Virus record (IMG/VR): IMGVR_UViG_3300025083_000042
Span: 1-53,465 of that record
Source of the DNA: a virus
Lineage: Duplodnaviria > Caudoviricetes
Length of the DNA stretch: 53,465 nucleotides
Direction: 5' to 3' (one strand)
Of this stretch, positions 8,743 through 17,700 are shown one piece after another (position 1 is the stretch's first letter; each line of letters starts with the position of its first letter). The position numbers and the translations under genes are program-made. The notes below the pieces were generated by a model. That model did not search any database. It was not told the origin of the DNA and saw only the letters and a list, made by a program, of their open reading frames with translations.

Positions 8743-11246
8743 TGTTTGATTTAGGTATCAAGACACATTCGATAGGAAGAGATGGGTATGTTTGGTGGGT
8801 AGGCCAGATTGCTAGTGAAGACTCCTGGAAAGAAAATAAACCAGAGAACCCTAAAGATTCCAATGAAGACATAAAAGGTTTTGGCGAAAGATATCGAGTT
8901 GCAATTGTGGGGTATACCCCTTTTAATACTCAAGAAGTTAGTGATGCTGAATTACAGTGGGCATCTGTTGAATATCCAGTAACTGCCGGTAGTGGAGGTA
9001 GAGGATCATCATGCTCTGCAAACCTTGTACAAGGTGATTTTGTTCGTGGGTATTTTCTCGATGGAGAAGAAGGACAGATACCGATTATTTGTGCAGTAAT
9101 TGGAAAAAATGAATATCAAGCTATTACAAAGAATATATCAGCTGAAGAAAGATTTGGTAATTCTAGTGGCCTTGTACCAACTGATTATGCGCCTTGGTAT
9201 ACTCAAAGAATCGAAACGATTGGGGAGATAATCACTCCCGACCAGACTGAAGGGAATGGCGGGAACATGTTTGTTGTTGGAGAAGGTACATCACAATACG
9301 TTAATTCTTTTTTATTAGTAAGTTCTAGTGGTGGCAATGCACAAAAAGAAGCTGCATCAAAAGCTGCATCAGAGGAACCAACTGTTCCACTTGCCCTACC
9401 ATCCGACTGTGAACCTATACCACTAGGTAAGATACAAAAAGAAATTCAGAATCTTATTGTAGAAATTCAGAAAATTAATAAAGCAGTTTATGATAAGGCT
9501 AATTCAATAAATGCTGATATTGCAGAAGTTCAGGAAGAAATTAATAAGAAAATTGCTAAAGCAACAGAATTTGTTGCAAGTGGAATAAAATGGATTTTTA
9601 CAGAAATTCAAAAATTTGTCATTAAGACTACTAACGACACTCTCAAAAAAACATATTTTTTACTCTTCCCAAACGAAAGACCCGGACTTAAAACCGCAGT
9701 CGAAAATATTAACGATTTGATTGCGTGTCTTTTCAGAAAGTTGATTAAACAGTTATTGTCAATGATTGGCAATTTTCTTGTAGACGCCGCAAGTAAAGTT
9801 GTTAATGGTGTGCAGTGTCTAGTAGAAAATGTAATCGGTCATATTCTTGGAAAACTTATCGGTGCAATATCAGATATTATAAATGGTGCATTATCAGCAG
9901 TCAGTTCTTTGGTTGGTCAGGCTGCAGGTATTGTTGGAGAAATTGTTGGTATTATTAAAGATATACTTTCGTTCTTATCTTGTGAGGAAAAACCACAGTG
10001 TTCTTCTGTTGATGAATGGAATATTTTAAGTGGGGCTAGTAAAGGATTTTCTGGAGATATTAACTCTATTATTAATAAGGCAAAGAACGTTGCCGGATCA
10101 GTTCAAAACATTGCTGGATCAGTTACAAATTCTGTAGAAAGTGTGGGAAGCAGTATCGACGATGCACTTAATATGGATTTTAGTGATGTATTCAATCAAA
10201 CTGGTTGTAATATAGGTCCAGTATTTTGTGGACCACCTACTGCACAATTTTTTGGACTAGGTGGTGGTGCTGCAGGTAATCTTGTGGTTGGTTCCTTGGG
10301 TGAGGTCATTGGAATTGATATGATAAATTTTGGATCTGGATATAATAATGATTCTTATGGAAAGGTATACGATAACTGTGGTAAAGGTAAAGGTGCATAC
10401 ATTAGACCCATTGTAAGTGACTATACCGACGAAGAAGGTAATTTACAGACTGGGGGTATTACTGATATTGAAATTATAGAACCAGGAACTGGCTATCTTC
10501 CTGCACCGGATGGAAGTAGAGGTGGTAATGAATACACTTGGTCAGATCCAGATGATACAGTTATAAGAACTCCTGATGGATCATGGTTACCTATTCCTCC
10601 AGGAGAAGTAGTTACTGTCGATCCCGGCACTACCATCACTCTTCCACCGGGTACAGTTGTTATAACAAATCCACAACCCGGTGGAGACCCCACAATACCA
10701 CCATTTGACCCTATACTTGACCCAGGAACTGGTGGAGATGGTACCGGTGGAGGAGGTAATGGTGACGGCAATAATGGTTCTACTGATGGTGGTCAAGGTG
10801 GTGGTGAAACTATTCAAGGTGGTAATCCGGTGCTTATTGAATTGCCTGGTGTTTTTACTACACCTAAACCCGAATATAAAAGATCGTCAGGTGACTATCC
10901 AACATCATCTAATGGTTCTTATCCGGTCATTCTTTATCTTTGCGAAATCTTTATCGATGAAAGTGGCATCAATTATTCTCCAGGAGACAAAGTTATTATT
11001 GAACCAGACATTGGTGCAGTTGTAGAACCTAAATTTAATGCCCGTGGTAGATTGACTTCCATCAAGGTTACTGAAAGTGGAGAAGGTTTCACTAAATATC
11101 CAACACTTTACATTCAATCTGAAACCGGTTATAATGCTGTATTGCGACCAAAACTTTGTATAGATAGAGTTGGTAATGATAAGCTCAAAGAGCCAACATT
11201 CCAAGACAAAGTTATAACCGTGATTGATTGTGTAGGTAAAGTTTAA
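8742..11246 (+). CDS. gp5: Baseplate central spike gp5 (N-terminal OB fold; no recognisable lysozyme domain)
   Basis: WWVGQI...RYRVAIVG...LQWA...GDFVRGYFLDGEEGQIPII is the gp5 OB-fold signature. Confidence 0.8.
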   Translation: MFDLGIKTHSIGRDGYVWWVGQIASEDSWKENKPENPKDSNEDIKGFGERYRVAIVGYTPFNTQEVSDAELQWASVEYPVTAGSGGRGSSCSANLVQGDFVRGYFLDGEEGQIPIICAVIGKNEYQAITKNISAEERFGNSSGLVPTDYAPWYTQRIETIGEIITPDQTEGNGGNMFVVGEGTSQYVNSFLLVSSSGGNAQKEAASKAASEEPTVPLALPSDCEPIPLGKIQKEIQNLIVEIQKINKAVYDKANSINADIAEVQEEINKKIAKATEFVASGIKWIFTEIQKFVIKTTNDTLKKTYFLLFPNERPGLKTAVENINDLIACLFRKLIKQLLSMIGNFLVDAASKVVNGVQCLVENVIGHILGKLIGAISDIINGALSAVSSLVGQAAGIVGEIVGIIKDILSFLSCEEKPQCSSVDEWNILSGASKGFSGDINSIINKAKNVAGSVQNIAGSVTNSVESVGSSIDDALNMDFSDVFNQTGCNIGPVFCGPPTAQFFGLGGGAAGNLVVGSLGEVIGIDMINFGSGYNNDSYGKVYDNCGKGKGAYIRPIVSDYTDEEGNLQTGGITDIEIIEPGTGYLPAPDGSRGGNEYTWSDPDDTVIRTPDGSWLPIPPGEVVTVDPGTTITLPPGTVVITNPQPGGDPTIPPFDPILDPGTGGDGTGGGGNGDGNNGSTDGGQGGGETIQGGNPVLIELPGVFTTPKPEYKRSSGDYPTSSNGSYPVILYLCEIFIDESGINYSPGDKVIIEPDIGAVVEPKFNARGRLTSIKVTESGEGFTKYPTLYIQSETGYNAVLRPKLCIDRVGNDKLKEPTFQDKVITVIDCVGKV

Positions 11247-11827
11247 TGGCGGAAGTAAAAAATTATCATACAATTAGGTATGGTCAAGCAGACGGTGAAA
11301 TAAAGTTTGGCCATCTTACTCAAGACAATGTTCTTTCATCAGTCTTGTTGAGAAGTGGAAAATCGAAGAACCATTATATTACGATGGACTCCTCTGGGGC
11401 TCCTCATCGTAAATATGGAACTATTTGTCGATCACCCGGCTCATTTCAGGTAAGGGCAGGTGATAATGTAGATAAAGATGTGCCTGGGGTATATGTTGAA
11501 GCAGTTAGTGGTGATTTAGTTCTACGAGCTCCCAGTGGAAGAGTTAGAATAGAGGGAGTTAACATCGATTTAATTGCATCTGGTGCTGACGGTCAAAATG
11601 GTGTTATTACCATTGATGCTAACGAAAAAATACTTATGAGGGCACAAACTATTGACGTTTCATCTAAAGTATCGACTAGACTATTCTCAGAGAAAACAGT
11701 TGAACTTATCGGAAATGCAATCTTAAATATGTATGGTGGATTCGTTGATATTGCAGATGGTGCCACAGCAATCAAGGGTTCAATTCTTCCATCACAAAAT
11801 GAAATACAAAATCTACCAATAGGCTAA
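11246..11827 (+). CDS. Putative gp5 C-terminal beta-helix-like spike protein
   Basis: Alternating beta-strand repeats (EAVSGDLVLRAPSGRVRIEGVNIDL); overlaps the gp5 stop. Confidence 0.5.
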   Translation: MAEVKNYHTIRYGQADGEIKFGHLTQDNVLSSVLLRSGKSKNHYITMDSSGAPHRKYGTICRSPGSFQVRAGDNVDKDVPGVYVEAVSGDLVLRAPSGRVRIEGVNIDLIASGADGQNGVITIDANEKILMRAQTIDVSSKVSTRLFSEKTVELIGNAILNMYGGFVDIADGATAIKGSILPSQNEIQNLPIG

Positions 11828-12162
11828 TGACTTTAAATATTCCGCATCCACAGAAGAAAGGAAAAAGACTTGAATACTCCTCTTTACATGGTCCTGAGCA
11901 TGGTGTATACTATAGAGGTAGATTGAGAGGTCACGATAGAATTGAACTGCCTGAGGTGTGGAGAGACCTTGTAGAAGAACTTTCTATTACGGTATCAATT
12001 ACACCTATCGGTATGGCACAAAGTATTATTGTGAAGGGTATTCAGAATAATCAGGTCATACTAGATTCAAATCCAGGTGTTCCTATTGATTGTTATTATC
12101 ATGTATATGGTGAACGAAAGGATGTTCCAAGACTTAAGACAGAGGGTAAGGTTAAATCATGA
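11827..12162 (+). CDS. Hypothetical baseplate-region protein, paralogue 1 of triplet
   Basis: Shares HP..K..RL....GP...VY.RG...P..W..LV...I.V..TPIG...C.Y...ER domain with the next two genes. Confidence 0.65.
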   Translation: MTLNIPHPQKKGKRLEYSSLHGPEHGVYYRGRLRGHDRIELPEVWRDLVEELSITVSITPIGMAQSIIVKGIQNNQVILDSNPGVPIDCYYHVYGERKDVPRLKTEGKVKS

Positions 12163-12935
12163 AGGTACCTGACATCAATGTAGGTAAGAGATTATTTGTT
12201 GGATTAGGAAATCCAGAATGTCTGGGTAGAGGACTAGCAGAAATTCGCGGGTCTGGTTATATGCAGGGCCCTACTATTACAGGGACTCCAACTTTCCCTA
12301 ATGTATGGGCATCATCAATGATTGGTCCTCTGATCAATCCAGAATCAACACCCCCTTTAATTCCTGGTGGGTTCTGTTATGGTCCTCCTGCTAATCCATT
12401 TTCTTTAGCTGTTGTTGGTTCAACCGCTTTAATGGGTATGGTTAACACCAATGCTGATGTAATTGTTGGAAGACATCTTGCAGTACAGGGTGAAATAGTT
12501 TCTAATTGTGGAGTTCATGTTCTATCTGTTAAAAAGAACTTTGATATTGTCCACCCTTCAAAAACCGGTTGGAGGTTGAGGCATACTTGTCCAGAAGGGC
12601 CTACTAATGACGTATACTTTAGAGGAACACTGAAGGATAAAGATTATATTGACCTTCCTACATATTGGAAGGATTTTGTTCATAGAGAATCTATCACTGT
12701 TAGTTTGACACCGATAGGAGCTCATCAAGATATCATCGTGAAGAAAATTGACAAAGATAAGATTTATCTTCAATCACGATCTGATACACCAATCCATTGT
12801 TTCTATCATGCATATGCAGAAAGAAAGGATGGTGAAAGTTTGATTCCTGAGTATCCAGGTGAAACACCTGCAGATTATCCAGGGAATAACGATCAATACT
12901 CAATTGTAGGATACCATTACGATATTAAATCATGA
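12159..12935 (+). CDS. Hypothetical baseplate-region protein, paralogue 2 of triplet
   Basis: KNFDIVHPSKTGWRLRHTCPEGP domain; ATGA-coupled. Confidence 0.7.
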   Translation: MKVPDINVGKRLFVGLGNPECLGRGLAEIRGSGYMQGPTITGTPTFPNVWASSMIGPLINPESTPPLIPGGFCYGPPANPFSLAVVGSTALMGMVNTNADVIVGRHLAVQGEIVSNCGVHVLSVKKNFDIVHPSKTGWRLRHTCPEGPTNDVYFRGTLKDKDYIDLPTYWKDFVHRESITVSLTPIGAHQDIIVKKIDKDKIYLQSRSDTPIHCFYHAYAERKDGESLIPEYPGETPADYPGNNDQYSIVGYHYDIKS

Positions 12936-13645
12936 CAGACTCATTATTTGGTCCATTTAAACCAGGCTCACCAGGAAATCAAGATTGCTCAGACGGTCAA
13001 GCCAGAGGGTTACCATCAGGCAATTTTTCATATATTCAAAAAAATAATAATAATGATGCCACGGCCCCTACGCCCAATCCATATTCAAAACCTCAGTGTG
13101 AACCCTATTATCATTCCACTGCCACGATTGATCAACTTGATATTACTACCAATCTGACTGGTGCTACTGCAACTTTCTCTGGTACAGTTACTGCTCCTAC
13201 ATTTTCGGGGCAAATTAATGTGCAATCTTGGAAAGGGTTTGATATTAAACACCCCAACAAAGATGGCCATCGATTGAGACACATCTGTATGGAGGGTCCA
13301 GAGGCTGGTGTTTATATTAGAGGAAGGTGTAAAGGAACTACGATTACATGTCCTGCATACTGGCAAGGATTAGTTGATCCTGAGTCAATCAGTGTCAATC
13401 TGACTCCAATTGGTTGTTATCAAGAACTCTTTGTTGAGTCAATTGAATGGGGTAAGAGAATTCAGATTAGAAACAATCTGGGTGGTCATATTGAGTGTTT
13501 CTATACGATTACTGCACAAAGAATTGATGGAGAGCCATTGATTGTTGAGTATGAGGGAGAGACACCTGCCAAGTACCCAGGAAGTTCTGATCAGTTCTCT
13601 ATCTCGGGGTATGACTATGATGTCAGAAGCCAGAAGACGAAGTAG
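12932..13645 (+). CDS. Hypothetical baseplate-region protein, paralogue 3 of triplet
   Basis: KGFDIKHPNKDGHRLRHICMEGP domain; ATGA-coupled. Confidence 0.7.
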   Translation: MTDSLFGPFKPGSPGNQDCSDGQARGLPSGNFSYIQKNNNNDATAPTPNPYSKPQCEPYYHSTATIDQLDITTNLTGATATFSGTVTAPTFSGQINVQSWKGFDIKHPNKDGHRLRHICMEGPEAGVYIRGRCKGTTITCPAYWQGLVDPESISVNLTPIGCYQELFVESIEWGKRIQIRNNLGGHIECFYTITAQRIDGEPLIVEYEGETPAKYPGSSDQFSISGYDYDVRSQKTK

Positions 13646-13656
13646 CACACACTCCC

Positions 13657-13685
13657 TTGACTTGGGCACTTAAAACCGTTATACT
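13657..13685 (+). promoter_or_regulatory. Sigma70-like early promoter TTGACT-N17-TATACT
   Basis: Near-consensus hexamers with 17-nt spacer, AGGAG SD and ATG at 13707. Confidence 0.8.
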
Positions 13686-13706
13686 ACTAGAGTAGACAGG
13701 AGTTCA

Positions 13707-13925
13707 ATGACCTACAAACCACAAGAAGAAGACCAAGACTTTCTGACCCGTGTTGTGGTTGACACAAGTCTTCGTAAGTTTTATCTTTACTCAAGTGAAG
13801 GTAACAGTAGAGATGTTGAATGTGAGACTGTAGACCAGTTTATGAATGTTCTTGAGTTGGTACGTGCATTGATTAAGGAAGACGACATTGTTTATGCAGA
13901 ACCTTTGGTTACTTCTGCAGAATGA
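13707..13925 (+). CDS. Hypothetical protein (72 aa)
   Basis: ORF with promoter and AGGAG SD. Confidence 0.75.
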   Translation: MTYKPQEEDQDFLTRVVVDTSLRKFYLYSSEGNSRDVECETVDQFMNVLELVRALIKEDDIVYAEPLVTSAE

Positions 13926-13967
13926 ACTGTTCAGACCTTTACGAAGAAATTCTAAACTGTTACGAAT

Positions 13968-14123
13968 ATGAGACCAGAAACCCGTCAGTCTATGGAAATG
14001 TTGTTCTCTGCCAAATGGAATCTTCCAAAGGCAGCAAAGAATTGCAACTTAACTCAAAAAGAGATGAAAATTACCTTCAATGAGTATTGTGTGCTTCATC
14101 CTCCTACTTGGACGGAGGAATGA
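13968..14123 (+). CDS. Hypothetical protein (51 aa, MRPETRQSMEMLFSAKWNLPKAAKNCNLT...; not in ORF track)
   Basis: Manual translation; ATGA overlap with next gene. Confidence 0.6.
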   Translation: MRPETRQSMEMLFSAKWNLPKAAKNCNLTQKEMKITFNEYCVLHPPTWTEE

Positions 14124-14413
14124 AACAATTATTTGTGGTTGACATTGGTAATGGTAGATGTGTTACTCATGATGGGTATATTCAGATTGGTATTTTCAAC
14201 CATTCTGTAGAAAAACATCTAGAGTTAAACTCATCAATTAATTGGCAAGTAACATACTGGATGCCCGATCCATTCTGTATTAGATACAAGAGAATCAACT
14301 ACCAGCATACAATGAAGGCAAACGAAGGTTCACCCAGAACTGATAATGCAACTGATAGTCGCCCGAGAGACTTTCCTGACCAGGCAACAAATAGATTAGA
14401 GAGAACCTTATAA
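14120..14413 (+). CDS. Hypothetical protein (MKQLFVVDIG...)
   Basis: GGAGG SD before ATG 14120 within ORF 14087..14413. Confidence 0.65.
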   Translation: MKQLFVVDIGNGRCVTHDGYIQIGIFNHSVEKHLELNSSINWQVTYWMPDPFCIRYKRINYQHTMKANEGSPRTDNATDSRPRDFPDQATNRLERTL

Positions 14414-14441
14414 AGATTCCTATATAAAATAAAGGGGTAGA

Positions 14442-14612
14442 ATGAATATTCAACTTTGGTACTCCGAACCTATGAGAGAATGGAGATGGTCTCTTGTCTC
14501 TGACATAGATTCGAATGACCAACATTCAGGTGGTCAGGAAGACTTAAGAGATGCTATGAATGATGTGGCAAATACAGTAGAATATTTACTTGACACAGAT
14601 ATTAATCCATGA
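14442..14612 (+). CDS. Hypothetical protein (56 aa, MNIQLWYSEPMREWRWSL...; not in ORF track)
   Basis: Manual translation; AAGGGG SD upstream. Confidence 0.6.
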   Translation: MNIQLWYSEPMREWRWSLVSDIDSNDQHSGGQEDLRDAMNDVANTVEYLLDTDINP

Positions 14613-14618
14613 TATAAT
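14590..14618 (+). promoter_or_regulatory. Perfect sigma70 consensus promoter TTGACA-N17-TATAAT
   Basis: Exact hexamers at 14590-14595 and 14613-14618. Confidence 0.85.
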
Positions 14619-14624
14619 ATAAAG

Positions 14625-14686
14625 ACCGTGTGAAGGAAGCACTCTATTGTGTTAATCAACCATCCAGTATTCTGGGTGGTTTTTTT
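14625..14686 (+). ncRNA. Candidate ~60-nt small RNA
   Basis: ORF-less interval between a consensus promoter and an intrinsic terminator; start approximate. Confidence 0.4.
14658..14686 (+). terminator. Rho-independent terminator
   Basis: AACCATCCAG-tatt-CTGGGTGGTT stem ending in a T7 run. Confidence 0.85.
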
Positions 14687-14690
14687 ATGT

Positions 14691-14698
14691 AATAAATA
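14691..14698 (+). promoter_or_regulatory. Late promoter AATAAATA
   Basis: Immediately after the terminator, upstream of ATG 14728. Confidence 0.7.
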
Positions 14699-14727
14699 TC
14701 TAATAATAGATATGTCGTGCGAGAAAG

Positions 14728-17700
14728 ATGCCTCTCTCAAGATTAGATAACTTTCTAAAGAACGTAAAAGGAAATATTTTATATGTTGATCCAAGTAATC
14801 TGGATGCAACAGATGGTATTGAGAACCAAGGGAACTCATTTGCTCGACCATTTAGAACTCTACAAAGGGCATTAATTGAAGCCTCTAGATTTTCATATCA
14901 AGTAGGTCTTGATAATGATAGATTTGAAAAAACCTCAATCTATCTGTTTCCTGGCACACATTACATTGATAACAGACCAGGTTGGATTCCATCTGGGTCA
15001 GGTACTTATTTGTTGAGAAGTGGCGTTAACTCAAATGATTTTCAATCATTCAGTAATACATCAAACTTCGATATTGCAGATGGTAACAATATTCTTTATA
15101 AACTCAATAGTATTCATGGTGGAGTTATTATCCCCAGAGGTGTGTCTATTATTGGTCAGGACTTAAGAAAGACTGTCATCAGACCAATCTATGTTCCTAA
15201 TCCAGAAAACAATTTAATCGAAAGATCTGCAATCTTTAGATTGACTGGCGGATGTTATATGTTCCAGTTTACTTTGAAGGATGCTGATACACAGAGACCT
15301 GCATATAAAGATTACAGTTCTTCTACATTCAAACCAACATTCTCTCACCATAAACTTACATGCTTTGAGTATGCTGATGGTAAGAATAATGTAAACATTA
15401 ATGATGATTTTATCAACTATGTTACAGATCGTAGTGATCTAGACATGTATTATGAGAAGGTTGGTATTGCATATGGTTCTGCAAGTGGAAGAGAAATTGA
15501 ACCTGATTATCCAAATGCAAGTGTAGATATTCAACCCAAGATTGATGAATACCGTATTGTTGGACCAGTATCTGGCTCAGTTGGTATCAATAGTATCAAG
15601 TCTGGTGATGGTATAACAGCTTCTACAGGAATTAATGTTAAACTTTCTAGTGGTATTTTTGGTTTAAATGTCGATACTAATGTTATTGTCAATAATGTAA
15701 CCGATACAAGATATAATGGTACATATCTTGTGACTCAAGTATTAGACACTGATGCAAATGGAGTTACTGAATTCGCGTATGAAGTTCCAGTTCCTCCAAG
15801 TAATGCACTACCAAATCCACTAGGTTCTTCTATAGAACTTTCCACCGATACTGTAACTAGTGCATCACCATACATTTTCAACGTTTCGCAGAGATCTGTT
15901 TATGGTATGTGTGGAATGCATGCCGATGGCAGTAAGGCTGATGGATTTAAATCAATGGTTGTTGCACAATTCACTGGAATTGGACTTCAAGTCGATGATA
16001 AAGCTTTTGTAAGATATAATACCACAAGTGGTTCATTTGATGACTCTAATGTAGTCGCTAATTTGCATACAGATATCAATGCAGTATATAAACCACAATA
16101 TGTAAATTATCACATCAAGGCATCAAATAACTCTTTGATTCAGTTAGTTTCTATTTTTGCTATTGGTTATGCAGAACAATTCTTAACAGAATCTGGTGGT
16201 GATTTCTCTGTTACCAACTCCAACTCAAACTTTGGTCAATCTGCACTTATCTCTAGAGGTTATAGAGATTTGGCATTTGCTCAAGATGATGTTGGATATA
16301 TTACACAAATTATTCCACCACAATCACTTAAACCACAATTTACTACGATTGAATATCCTTCAATTGATATCACAAAAACTGTAGGTGTTGCAGATACAAG
16401 TAGAATGTATCTCTATAATTATACTAATGAGGATGTACTGCCACCAAGTACAGTTAATGGCTATAGATTTGGTGCAAATAATGACGAGACATTGAATGTA
16501 GTTATTCCTGTAGGAGGACAGACGGAAGTCTTTAGAGCAAGAGTCGTCATGGACGATACTGCATATGCAACAAAGAAAATAACTGGAAGAAAACTTGCAA
16601 GACTCGGTAGAAACGTTTCTACTGGTAATAGCATTACAAATTCTACGTTGATGTTTACTGAAGACCATCAGTTTAAACAGGGTGAGACTGTAAGAGCCAT
16701 TTCAAATGATGGAAGACTTCCTGACGGTCTTGAGAGTAATAGAGTTTATTTTGCTGTTGTTGATGGCCTACCATCGAATCAACTACAACTAGCACAATCA
16801 TTCAATGATTCTTTGACTGGTAATAAGGTTGGCATTAATAATCTTGGTGACACCATTATTGTAGAGAGTAGAGTTAGTGATAAAGACCCTGGTGACGTAG
16901 GACATCCTGTTCAATATGATGTTGATGAATCACAATGGTATGTAAACGTATCATCCGCATCAACAGAGAATAATTTGTTCTCTAAGCTAAATGGTGGTGG
17001 ACTTGGAAATATTACTTCTAGAACATATATCGTTAGACAGAAAGATTCTAGACAATCTGATGATAGAATTCATCAGTTGAGATTTGTTATCCCTGCAAAT
17101 ACTGGAGTCTCTTCTGCAAGACAACCACTGGATGGTTTTATTCTTCAAGATTCGAGTGATGTTACTGGAGCAACTAATACCGAAGTTGCATTGGAATTTA
17201 ATCCAGGTTCTGTGACGATGAGTAATGACTCTCAAATGAGAAACTTTAGTTTCATCTCTGATGTTGACTATAAAGCTGGAATTACATATTATTCAACAGA
17301 AAAACCTCATAGACTTTCTATTGGTTCAACTGTTATTATTAATAATGTAAGAAGTACTTTGTTCCCAACAGTTGGCACAGGTAACTCTGGTTATAATGGT
17401 ACATATGAAGTTACTGGAATTACAAGTGCAAAGACATTTACTGTAAATTCTATTTCTCTTTCTGCTGGTACATTTATCAATGATACCTCGCAGAGAACTA
17501 CTACTCTTCCGACGGTTTCTAGAAGAAACTTTGCAAAAGACTTTTATGTCTACGACGTACAAACTATTAATGAATATATCAATGGAGAACAGGATGGTGT
17601 CTATCATCTGTCAATAATTAATTCTGCAAATGAACCAAAGGTTTTCCCATTCAACAATAATGGTTATGCGTTCTCACAACCAGTCACTAATTATTATCCA

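Noticed and set aside
14400-14700. Possible tRNA gene after the strong promoter
   Set aside because: No TTCGA T-loop with cloverleaf between promoter and terminator; GATTCGAAT near 14508 lies inside an ORF without tRNA stems
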